Shown piece by piece: positions 29,761-38,540 of a stretch of DNA of 64,000 nt. Position numbers and translations under genes: made by a program. Under the pieces are notes generated by a model, which was not told the origin of the DNA, did no database searches, and saw only the letters and a list, made by a program, of their open reading frames with translations. The stretch's first letter is position 1. The number at the start of each line of letters is the position of its first letter. Source of the stretch: an uncultured bacterium (GTDB taxonomy: Bacteria; Zixibacteria; MSB-5A5; CAIYYT01); the NCBI GenBank assembly GCA_963726455.1, contig CAVSCK010000002.1, forward strand, positions 32,001 through 96,000, in the 5' to 3' direction.

Positions 29761-32700
29761 ATGCTACCAGCGCGATTTGAACTAATCCGACAAATCTCTT
29801 CAGGTGGCCTCTATGACACGTTCCTTGCGCTCGATCGCGTGACTTCACGCCAAGTGCTGGTTAAGCGACCGGCTGAGATATCCAATATCTCCATTGAAGA
29901 ACGAAATGCACTTCTGAGAAAGTCATATTCGATTCTCAAGCTCCTGAAACATCGTGGCATTGTGATGCCGTGCGCACTCGTCGAAGAAGGCGGCAGAAGC
30001 CACGTTGCCTATCCATATTATGATGAGCAACGATGGGTTTCCTTGTCGCCGGAGTTGTTCTTGGAGCACTATCGAACGCTGCTGGTGCAGATGTGCACGA
30101 TTCTTGATTTCGTGCACGCCATGGGCTTCGTACATAGCGATATCAAGAAGGCCAACTGGCTATGCCTCCGCCGTGAATCGGGCCTCCGGGTCTTGTTGAC
30201 GGATTTTGACTTTGCCGTTCGTAGCGGTTCGAAACCGAACCGGCGAATCTTCGGATCGCTGGGGTTCATGGCACCCGAAGTGCTGCGGGATGAGATCGTT
30301 TTGCCGCAGTCCGATCATTTTTCTTTCGGTCGCATGTTGTTTGAACTCGTATCGCACGCTACGCCTAAAGAAGAATTGTCGCTGCCAAATATCCTGACGT
30401 CCGGACTGGAAGAACAACAAATCACCGGTGATCAAGTTCGGGCCGGTTTTGAGCCACTAGTGCCATTCATAAATAAACTGCTCAAGAAGCATTACGAGGA
30501 TCGCCCCTCCAGTTTGGGAGTCCAGCTTCAGACCGAGCAATCCTTTCTCGGCGTACAGCTTTCGACTTATCAAAACCGTTTGATTCAGGACGTTGTTGCT
30601 GCGCATTTGCGGCGCCGACGCCAGGAAGAGGAAGCGGCTGAGGAATCTCTTGAACGTTATCTACCTCGCGAAGCCGGAATCTTTGGCATTCCGAGCGAAT
30701 TACTTCTCGACCTTTTCAACCTGGCTGAAATGAACTTCTTTGGAAAGGCCAGGATTTTCGCCGGCTGGCTGGCTGACTCGGCCGTCAATCGTCACGGTTC
30801 TTGCTGGCATGTGGAGATCACTGTTCGCCTGGTCGGAGACTTCTATCGCAGATTCAAAATTCTTGGCGAACCTACCGTTGACCCGGCTAATGGTGTTGAG
30901 CAATGGAAGCGAATCCGCCGGGCGCTGCGCTTCAAGGTAAAGAATCAATTCCTCAAGGCCGCGGCGCTGCTGAGTCCGATCGTGCAAGCCGTCAGAATGT
31001 CGGATTCTGTTGCTAGTCGCAAGTTGCTCGCCCAGTTGCTACTGAAGATGGGTGAGTCTCTGCAATTCGCCAATATGCGAGCCGAGGGAAAGAAATGTTT
31101 TCGAGAGGCATGGGAACTTGGAGAGCTTTCAGATTTGCGCCGGATTCGATTGATGCTCGAAGAAGCCGATTTGGAGTCGTTCAGTCACGGCGGTATGTCA
31201 TATCGGAAAGTGCTCATGCAGGCCTATGCGCTGGCACAAAGACGGGAACGTTCTGATTTGCGGGCCTGTGTCCTGATTCGGCAGATCTGGCTGGACCATA
31301 CGGAAGGACGTCAATACGTGGCACTGCAAAGGGCCAAGACACTTGAGAGATTCTGCGCCAGACACAACCTTTATACCCGACGAGCATCCGCACTCTCCGG
31401 TATGGGCAGTATCTACTGGATATTGGGAAGATTGCAGGACGCCGTCGACGTCTTCCAAGAGGGTTTGCGCGCGAACCCGGAACAAGTGAGCAGAGGAGTC
31501 AGGAATATTCTTGCCGCCAATCTTGGAGCGCTGCAGCACGATCTGGGCGATTATCGGAAGGTGGTAAACACGCTTCTCCCATTCACACGGCAGAGTCTTT
31601 CAATCAACGAGGTGCAGTACAGGTCACAAGCTCTCGCCAACATTCAGGCAGCATACGCATTCCAAGGAAAGTACGACTTGGCTGAGGACATGTCGAATCA
31701 GGAGTTTTGGCTACCTTCCCAGCGGAGTGACTTGGGAGGTATCGGCCGGTATTACATTGGGCGAGGTTCAACGCTGTTGAGAGCGGGCAGATATCATGAT
31801 GCGGAGTCTAATCTTCGGCAATCTGTGGAATTGTTGTCTTCACTGTCAAACACGGCGTTGCTGGGCCGCGCTGAGATGTACCTGGCGACGCTGCGCACCT
31901 GGCAGGGTCACTATGAAGTCGCCAGACAACATCTGTCTTCGGCGCGGACATTGATCAACTTGAACAGTGACAAGCTTCATTCGCTAGACCTGGATATTCT
32001 ATCGCTGGCGATCGAATTCGACGAAGGTGTCTCCGACTCGATATCGGAAAGACTCAAAAGGTTGTATCAGGAATGTCTCGGCCTGCCTTATTATCTTGGC
32101 GCAGCATACTGCCTGTACTACTTAGTTTATGTTGGGCGTCCCTTCGATGCCGTGCGCCTTGCAGCAACAAGCGCCGAACTAATGAAATACATGACCGGCT
32201 CGGGAGGAGTATTCGGAGCCGCCGTGGCGCAACATCTTCGCGCCTATACTGAATCCGAACCCTCCCAGGACGGCGTAGACATCGGCGAACTCAAGAAGGC
32301 ATTCGTAATGTACGAAAACGCGCATCTCTACTTCTATTCGATTACAGTAGCAAGACAAGTCGCCGAATACTATAAACGCCACGGACATCCGAAACTTGCC
32401 GACAAGTTCATTGAAGAGGCCCTCTTCCACGCCGACCAACTCGACAACACACGCTTGAAATCCCAGCTTGAGGCGGCGCGGCTGGACATCCTGGGTGAAA
32501 TTGGTGAGCCGATCCCGGAGCGCGACGTGTTGTACCGCATCAGCACTCTACTAGGCGGGCTCACGGATTACCGTCCTGCCGTCGAACAGTTGCTGCATTA
32601 CGCAATCGATCTGACCGGAGCGGAACGCGGTGCGATTATACTTGCAGATGATGAGGGGCGCAATCTCAGAGTCGAATCGTCGTATGAATGCGATTCGCAG

Positions 32701-33993
32701 AGCGTCGCCGACATAGTTGCGATCAGTCGCAATGTGATCAGGTCGGTCTTCGACAAGGCCAAAGTGCTGTTCGTGGAAAATGCGCTTGACGATAAAGCCA
32801 CCAAGTCATACAAGAGCGTGGTTATGCACAACATTCTTTCGATTGCCTGCGCTCCATTGGTGGTCGAAGGCAAAGTAATTGGCGCGTTATACCTGGATCA
32901 TCACTCTCTTCCCGGACTCTTTACCAGTGATGACCGCGAAACCGTGGAAGCTATCGCAAATTTTATCGCGGTGGCCCTCTTGCAGGCGCGGCTGGTGCGT
33001 TCGTTGCGCAATCAGAATCTCGACCACCAGTATCTGTTGCGAAATCAGGGAATTGAGAACCAGTTTCTGACACGTTCCAGGACAACGCTGGACATCATTG
33101 ACAAGATACCGATGATCGCTTCATCAGAAGCATGTGTGCTGTTGTTGGGGGAAAGCGGGACCGGCAAGGAAATCCTGGCGAAAAGTATACACGACCAGAG
33201 TCCGCGAAAGGACGGTCCGTTTGTTCGCCTAAATTGTGCTTCTCTCGGCGGCGAGATGCTGGAAGCCAACTTATTTGGTGTGGAGAAGGGTGTGGCCACA
33301 GGAGTGGCAAGTCGCGAGGGCGTACTCCAGGCAGCCGACGGGGGCACGCTATTTCTGGACGAAATCGGTGATATGCCGCTGACTACTCAGGCCAAGCTAC
33401 TGCGAGTGCTGGAACTTAAGCAATTCGAGAAACTGGGAACCAACAAGACCATTGAAACAGATATTCGGTTAGTTGCCGCGACCAACAAGGACTTGAACAA
33501 GCTCATCGATCAGAATCAATTTCGGGCTGACCTCATGTATAGAATCAATACGATTGAGATTAAGATTCCTCCTTTACGGGAGCGGCCAGACGATGTGAAG
33601 CTCTTGCTCGATCACTTCGCCGACGTCTTCGCCCGCGGGCGGAAAGTAACATTCACTTCAACGGCCACTGCTGCGCTGACCAGATATTCCTGGCCGGGTA
33701 ATGTTCGCGAACTGCGGAATTTCGTCGAGAACGCCAGCGTCATGTCGAAATCCAGAGTTGTCGATATTGATGCGCTTCCGGACGAAATTTCGAAAAACTA
33801 CGTGAACACCATGAGTCTGGGCATACGCTCATTGACTGCTGAAGCTGAAAAGCAACTTATCGAGAAGGTGCTGGCCAAGAACAACTGGAATCAGGCCGCG
33901 GCGGCCCGCGAACTGGGTCTTTCCTATGCGACTCTGCAGCGAAAAATAAAGAAATACGGAATTAAGCGACCCGACGACAACTCTTTCAATTAG
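29761..33993 (+). CDS. Ser/Thr kinase-TPR-GAF-sigma54 AAA+ enhancer-binding protein with Fis-type HTH
   Basis: Kinase motifs VLVK, HSDIKKAN, TDFD, GSLGFMAPE; TPR-like helices; GAF (GAERGAII..SIACAPL..IGALYLDH); GESGTGKE, GVATGV, LFLDEIGD, FRADLMYRIN, WPGNVREL; WNQAAAARELGLSYATLQRKIKKYG. Confidence 0.92.
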   Translation: MLPARFELIRQISSGGLYDTFLALDRVTSRQVLVKRPAEISNISIEERNALLRKSYSILKLLKHRGIVMPCALVEEGGRSHVAYPYYDEQRWVSLSPELFLEHYRTLLVQMCTILDFVHAMGFVHSDIKKANWLCLRRESGLRVLLTDFDFAVRSGSKPNRRIFGSLGFMAPEVLRDEIVLPQSDHFSFGRMLFELVSHATPKEELSLPNILTSGLEEQQITGDQVRAGFEPLVPFINKLLKKHYEDRPSSLGVQLQTEQSFLGVQLSTYQNRLIQDVVAAHLRRRRQEEEAAEESLERYLPREAGIFGIPSELLLDLFNLAEMNFFGKARIFAGWLADSAVNRHGSCWHVEITVRLVGDFYRRFKILGEPTVDPANGVEQWKRIRRALRFKVKNQFLKAAALLSPIVQAVRMSDSVASRKLLAQLLLKMGESLQFANMRAEGKKCFREAWELGELSDLRRIRLMLEEADLESFSHGGMSYRKVLMQAYALAQRRERSDLRACVLIRQIWLDHTEGRQYVALQRAKTLERFCARHNLYTRRASALSGMGSIYWILGRLQDAVDVFQEGLRANPEQVSRGVRNILAANLGALQHDLGDYRKVVNTLLPFTRQSLSINEVQYRSQALANIQAAYAFQGKYDLAEDMSNQEFWLPSQRSDLGGIGRYYIGRGSTLLRAGRYHDAESNLRQSVELLSSLSNTALLGRAEMYLATLRTWQGHYEVARQHLSSARTLINLNSDKLHSLDLDILSLAIEFDEGVSDSISERLKRLYQECLGLPYYLGAAYCLYYLVYVGRPFDAVRLAATSAELMKYMTGSGGVFGAAVAQHLRAYTESEPSQDGVDIGELKKAFVMYENAHLYFYSITVARQVAEYYKRHGHPKLADKFIEEALFHADQLDNTRLKSQLEAARLDILGEIGEPIPERDVLYRISTLLGGLTDYRPAVEQLLHYAIDLTGAERGAIILADDEGRNLRVESSYECDSQSVADIVAISRNVIRSVFDKAKVLFVENALDDKATKSYKSVVMHNILSIACAPLVVEGKVIGALYLDHHSLPGLFTSDDRETVEAIANFIAVALLQARLVRSLRNQNLDHQYLLRNQGIENQFLTRSRTTLDIIDKIPMIASSEACVLLLGESGTGKEILAKSIHDQSPRKDGPFVRLNCASLGGEMLEANLFGVEKGVATGVASREGVLQAADGGTLFLDEIGDMPLTTQAKLLRVLELKQFEKLGTNKTIETDIRLVAATNKDLNKLIDQNQFRADLMYRINTIEIKIPPLRERPDDVKLLLDHFADVFARGRKVTFTSTATAALTRYSWPGNVRELRNFVENASVMSKSRVVDIDALPDEISKNYVNTMSLGIRSLTAEAEKQLIEKVLAKNNWNQAAAARELGLSYATLQRKIKKYGIKRPDDNSFN

Positions 33994-34011
33994 TCCTCAC
34001 CACCTCCAAAA

Positions 34012-34097
34012 TTGTCACCGATTTCGGTGACAACAAAACTCAATATTTGCGCCTGTTAGCACGTCCTCCGGTAACTGGGTCACCGAAAACGGTGAAC
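34012..34097. promoter_or_regulatory. Two palindromic upstream activator sequences TCACCG-N4-CGGTGA
   Basis: TTGTCACCGA-tt-TCGGTGACAA (34012-34033) and GTCACCG-aaaa-CGGTGAAC (34079-34097), 65 bp apart. Confidence 0.7.
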
Positions 34098-34190
34098 TCT
34101 GCGCCGAACCGCCACTTGGCAGCTCATATCCCAAGACAATAAGCAGTTATACGACAAGGAGTTGCGAGATGTAGCTCTTCGGCAAGCATT

Positions 34191-34205
34191 GGGCACGCTT
34201 ATTGA
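34191..34205 (+). promoter_or_regulatory. sigma54 -24/-12 promoter
   Basis: GGGCACG-ctta-TTGA versus consensus TGGCACG-N4-TTGC; exact spacing; 53 nt upstream of ATG 34259. Confidence 0.65.
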
Positions 34206-34258
34206 CATGCTCCTCCATGAAGGAAGTCTGAAAAGACCATCAACTCATAGGAGGAGTT

Positions 34259-34501
34259 ATGAAGAGAGCCAAATCCCTTACGGGCATCTTGCTGGCACTT
34301 CTGTTTTCCCTGCTGCTGGCAAGCTTCCTGGGACCGATGTCAGCCGTCGCGGTCGCTAACGACGGCGGCGGCGGCGGTTCTATCCCGCCAACCATTATTC
34401 CGACCGATACAACTGATCCGGGTCACATCAGTGATCCCTCGGGAGACAGTACCGGGTGGGAGGCAAGTCTATTCTTGACACTCGTGGGGGTGCTGTTCTA
34501 A
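34259..34501 (+). CDS. 80-aa secreted/membrane peptide
   Basis: Strong AGGAGGAG RBS; Sec signal ending AVA; NDGGGGGSIPP, then Pro/Thr/Asp-rich linker; hydrophobic C-terminus WEASLFLTLVGVLF. Confidence 0.8.
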   Translation: MKRAKSLTGILLALLFSLLLASFLGPMSAVAVANDGGGGGSIPPTIIPTDTTDPGHISDPSGDSTGWEASLFLTLVGVLF

Positions 34502-34531
34502 CCACGAATTCCAAACTGAAAGGAGATGTGG

Positions 34532-35185
34532 ATGGGACTGCACGGTCAGCCCCATCCGAGCCAAATGAGTAAACTAGATAAGCTGCTGCTGATTCTGAAT
34601 CTGCTGTATCATCGCCCGCACGTGTCCCTGGAATCAATCCAGCGCGAATGTCAGATCAGCGAGCGAACAGCGTATCGTTATGTTCGCTCTCTTTCGAGTG
34701 CGAGATTCCCTGTCTACTTCGATGAGGAAGTCAAAGGTTACCGCCTGGTTGAGCGCGGCAGCCCTTTGTCGCACCTGACTGCCGATGAAGCAGCCATGGT
34801 GCTTTTCGGATTGGTAATGTTGGAGAAATCGCTCGGCCCGTCAAGACTCGATGCGGTAAGAAGGGCCCGGGCAAAACTGGAGATGAAGCTAACTGCGAAT
34901 ATGCAGGAGGTGATTCTGGCCGGCAAGCCACTCCTCTACGATAGGCATACTCCCGAAGTGATAAAAGAGCATCTCGTCATGTCCCTGATCAAACTCGCTA
35001 ATACCGAAGAGTGTGGTGTGAAGCTTCAGTATACGGGAGAGAATACACAAGGGAAGAACATCATATTCGACAAACCACGTCTGATTTTTGACAATGAGTG
35101 GATGATAGGACCCAAGCGGGATTCGCTGCCTGAGTCAAGGATTCCAATTCGTCTGGTACGCGATCTGAGTCTTCTCAATACCTAA
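34532..35185 (+). CDS. HTH_11 (PafBC/YafY-like) regulator with degenerate WYL-like C-terminus
   Basis: KLDKLLLILNLL..SLESIQRECQISERTAYRYVRSL..GYRL..LTADEAAMV; C-terminal LQY...PRLIFDNEWMIG...RIPIRLVRDL; no WCX domain. AGGAG RBS fits ATG 34532. Confidence 0.8.
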   Translation: MGLHGQPHPSQMSKLDKLLLILNLLYHRPHVSLESIQRECQISERTAYRYVRSLSSARFPVYFDEEVKGYRLVERGSPLSHLTADEAAMVLFGLVMLEKSLGPSRLDAVRRARAKLEMKLTANMQEVILAGKPLLYDRHTPEVIKEHLVMSLIKLANTEECGVKLQYTGENTQGKNIIFDKPRLIFDNEWMIGPKRDSLPESRIPIRLVRDLSLLNT

Positions 35186-35606
35186 TGGTGTTGCTCTGAG
35201 ACGTTGAGACTCTGATTCACAGACTGCTTGAAAGGATGTCCAAATCCGGCAAGAAAAAAAATCGCTACCCGCTGACAGGATTTGACAGTGGCTGAACTTA
35301 CCTTGAGGAGGTCCGGGCAGGTTACTAGCCAGCCCGAAAAGGGGATTTAGGGGGGCAGAAGAATAACATAGCAGGGAAGAGACCATCTCAGGAGAGGGGG
35401 GCAGGAAACTCCCGAGAACACCGAATCCCTTCCCCGCATTGCCAATTAACTAGTTGGTTGTCTTTCCAGCAACCAGAAAATCCCCTGCTTTAAGAAATCC
35501 TGCGTCCTCGGAGGGACGCCGGAGACGCCCGTCAACCCGGCAACTCGAATTCTGGCTTGAGTTAGACTTGCCTTATGGTACCTTGTGTCCAGTGGTTGAC
35601 TTGGGA

Positions 35607-36158
35607 TTATTGGCTAGACTTGTCATCCCAGGCCACGATGCGATACAGATTGTCCTGTTTGTTCTTGCGAAATTTGAATTCGGCAACTCCCACGGCCTCA
35701 TAGAATTCGCTGCCGTAGTCTCCGTTTAAGTCCTTGACTGACAAGTGGAAGTAGACACGCCAAACTTCCCAGATTTCGTCAGAATGCGTCTCTTGACGGT
35801 CGAAAATGGGCACCCAGGTGTCGAGAGTGATTTCGTCGAACAGCCGAAAGAGCTTCTCCGTGCGTGCCAGATCACCGGAGGGGCCGTCACGGGGAATCTC
35901 GACTTGCTCGATCTGGCCGGTTCGATCCTGATCGACATAGCGGAAGATGAACTGCTCGTCGAGGCAGTTTTCGTAAACGTCGATATCGTGATGTTCATAA
36001 GAGTACTTGAAATTGTGAAGCACCGAATCGGGGGACGTTTGCTTGACGATCGGAACGATGCGAGACGGTCCGATCACTGCCGGAGCAAAAGGATTTTGGC
36101 AGGAGACAAAGATGACCGTCGCTGTAACCGCGATCGTTATGGCGCTAACGGTACGCAT
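35607..36158 (-). CDS. Lipoprotein, NTF2/SnoaL-like (paralog of the upstream gene)
   Basis: Lipobox FVS-C followed by QNPFAP; PDSVLHNFKYSY..YENCLDEQFIFRY. Confidence 0.75.
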   Translation of the reverse strand: MRTVSAITIAVTATVIFVSCQNPFAPAVIGPSRIVPIVKQTSPDSVLHNFKYSYEHHDIDVYENCLDEQFIFRYVDQDRTGQIEQVEIPRDGPSGDLARTEKLFRLFDEITLDTWVPIFDRQETHSDEIWEVWRVYFHLSVKDLNGDYGSEFYEAVGVAEFKFRKNKQDNLYRIVAWDDKSSQ

Positions 36159-36723
36159 TCTTCAACTCCGCCCAGGATTGAGTGTCGAGATTGAGATGCA
36201 AGTCACTCCAGTTCAGAATCGCCCAAAAGTTGAAAGCCCCTTCTATCAGTTCAAAACGCGCCACGCCTTGATAGGTCTGAAGCGCTTTGCCGGCGGTATC
36301 AGATACTGTGATTGTATAGCCACGTACCAAAGTCGCGGACGTATCGAGGATGATGTCCGGCTGCCCCGACTGAGTCGTCAGCACGACATTCAACTTACGC
36401 TCGCTCCGCGAAGCATTGAAGTCGGTGAACAATTTTTCCGCTAAACTGACTTCCTGTGAAAATCGCCAGCCGGAATCGCTTTGGGCGCCTTGAATAAAAT
36501 CATATCGGAAAACAAAATCGCTGTCGAGACATTGAATGAAGTTGCTTATCACTAGTTCCCCGTAGCTAAGACGCAGATTCTCCAGAACGATTTGCGGAGT
36601 TGTAGGAGGTATGAATGTGCCCGCATGAGTGGTCGGCGCTTCGCTATCGCGGGTAGAAAAAGGATTCTTGGCGCATGAAGTAATCGCCAAGGTTATGAGC
36701 AGGGTCAACATGAGCCGTCTCAC
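36145..36723 (-). CDS. Lipoprotein, NTF2/SnoaL-like
   Basis: GTG start overlapping the upstream stop, GAGG RBS; lipobox ITS-C followed by AKNPFS; PQIVLENLRLSY..FIQCLDSDFVFRY. Confidence 0.75.
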   Translation of the reverse strand: MRRLMLTLLITLAITSCAKNPFSTRDSEAPTTHAGTFIPPTTPQIVLENLRLSYGELVISNFIQCLDSDFVFRYDFIQGAQSDSGWRFSQEVSLAEKLFTDFNASRSERKLNVVLTTQSGQPDIILDTSATLVRGYTITVSDTAGKALQTYQGVARFELIEGAFNFWAILNWSDLHLNLDTQSWAELKNAYR

Positions 36724-38540
36724 AAATACCTCTTGATCGAAATTGAGAACAAATCGTACTCCTGATTTCGCTGATTCTGATAGTCCTGAACTCGTCGTTC
36801 CAGTTTGCAGTTGATCTGAGATGAGTTGGTCAAATTCCACTGGAAGTCGAATCCGATCAGGACTCTGGTAAACTCCTCCGACAGTTGGCGTCTTCCCAGT
36901 GTGATATGAGCATCAAACAGGTGATCGTACGAACGCTGGATTTCGTACACGGCGTACGGCTGAAAACGCATACCGTCGATGGGACGATAATCGATTCCGA
37001 TGCGGGGGCGGTGTGTGCGCCTGTCCCAGCTTATTTGCTGTTGCCATTGATCCGTGTAGACCAGCGGGCCGAAGTCCTCGTAGCGATAGCTGTATTCGAC
37101 TACGAGGTCCGTGCGGTGCGAGCCGGCGAGCGTAACGGTGCTCGCAAAGTTCGCCCGACGGTAAAGAGTATTCCGTCCGCCGAGTTCATTCTTCTCATAT
37201 TCATAGTAAATATAATTGGCATACATCTGGTAGCTCTGTTGCACCACAATTTGAGAATAAGGTTTCCAAATCAGTGACGGATTAAATATGTAAACGTTGT
37301 TGACATTGTTGTTCGCTGAAAGTTGGCCGGAGATGTAAATGGTGTGAAAACCACGATAGCTTCCCTCGACAAGGCCTGTCAAAAACTCGTGAAAGCGATG
37401 GATATACCGCAACGACGCAACAGTCACCGAGCGGTCTCGATCTGCAAAAAATGTGGAAGAGGTGGGCGCCAGATAAGAGGTCACGCCCATTTGCCCGGAT
37501 AGATCAAGAGTATCCGCACCGAACAGAAGTATGTCAGCCACTAAACCGACCTGGCCGGTTTCGGCCAATTGATTGGTTTGTAACTGTCCGAAGTCTTCCT
37601 TCGTGCGGTTGAACAGGTACGAGCCCTGCAGTGACAGCCGCTTCCCGAACTGCCGTGACAGAGCCAGTTGATATTCGAATAGTGACGTGAAGTTGTCGGT
37701 CTGTCTTACGAGATCGGTGACCAACGGGTCGTATTCGTAGTTGTAGCCGTCGAATCGATAGGCAGCGTTCGAAGTCAACATGAATGCCTGCGGAAGCCGG
37801 CGACTGGCATGGAAATCCCAGCGTCTTTGTTCTGTCCGCTGGCGGGCGGTAGCATCGAAATTTCCGCTGGAAGGAAAATACTTCTTTTCGCCAAAGCCCT
37901 GCTTTGCTTCGAGAGTAAGCGTATCGCCATCGGCGCCGTTTCTGGCGTACTCATAGTTGAATTCGATATTCCGCTGCGGCGTATGGCGGAGCGTAGTGAA
38001 TCCGCCTTCGACATGGGCGCTGCCGAACTTGAGGTCGTGGCGCGGTGTGATGGATATCTGACTTTGATATCCAAAACCTGACTCGCTGTTCGACGCCGGT
38101 GCAAACCGCCTTTGTTCCCACACCAAGCCGCTACGCTGCGTGAAGCTGACGTGACTCTTCTGGACGCCCGTGATCAGGTACGCGCGCGTTGCAATCAGTC
38201 GCTTCGTTTCCAGGCGGTCAAAGTCCTGTCCAAATTCCATACCGGTGACGATTGCCGGACTAACGTGATATCTCAGTGCCGCCACCGTGCGCGCGGATTT
38301 CTGCCAGCGATCGCCGCCGGCGCCGAATACGGATTTTCGAATCAGAGTCGCCAGGGAACGATTCTGCACCGAGAAATCCAGAGATTTGCCGAGGCTTCGT
38401 GCGAAGGATGCCGAGTCAGACCAGTTGTAAGTCTGACGGTCAAGCGAGAAATCGAGATTGAGACTAAGAGCGAAGAGAGAACTGCCGGAAAGGAAGTGTG
38501 CGGACGCGACGATGACTAAGGCGAATCGCAAAAAACGCAT
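36720..38540 (-). CDS. Outer-membrane beta-barrel protein of unknown function
   Basis: Signal peptide MRFLRFALVIVAS..; alternating aromatic amphipathic strands; C-terminal FSISIKRYL. Confidence 0.7.
   Translation of the reverse strand: MRFLRFALVIVASAHFLSGSSLFALSLNLDFSLDRQTYNWSDSASFARSLGKSLDFSVQNRSLATLIRKSVFGAGGDRWQKSARTVAALRYHVSPAIVTGMEFGQDFDRLETKRLIATRAYLITGVQKSHVSFTQRSGLVWEQRRFAPASNSESGFGYQSQISITPRHDLKFGSAHVEGGFTTLRHTPQRNIEFNYEYARNGADGDTLTLEAKQGFGEKKYFPSSGNFDATARQRTEQRRWDFHASRRLPQAFMLTSNAAYRFDGYNYEYDPLVTDLVRQTDNFTSLFEYQLALSRQFGKRLSLQGSYLFNRTKEDFGQLQTNQLAETGQVGLVADILLFGADTLDLSGQMGVTSYLAPTSSTFFADRDRSVTVASLRYIHRFHEFLTGLVEGSYRGFHTIYISGQLSANNNVNNVYIFNPSLIWKPYSQIVVQQSYQMYANYIYYEYEKNELGGRNTLYRRANFASTVTLAGSHRTDLVVEYSYRYEDFGPLVYTDQWQQQISWDRRTHRPRIGIDYRPIDGMRFQPYAVYEIQRSYDHLFDAHITLGRRQLSEEFTRVLIGFDFQWNLTNSSQINCKLERRVQDYQNQRNQEYDLFSISIKRYL

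Noticed and set aside
34012-34033. Palindrome as terminator of the activator gene
   Set aside because: No U-tract, minimal loop, and a second copy 65 bp downstream; fits a protein-binding site better.
35305-35545. RNase P RNA-like snippets GAGGAGGTCCGGGC and AACCCGGC
   Set aside because: Lacks the GAGGAAAGUCC and CGGCUUA consensus and the internal conserved regions; too short; G-U pairing favours the opposite strand.
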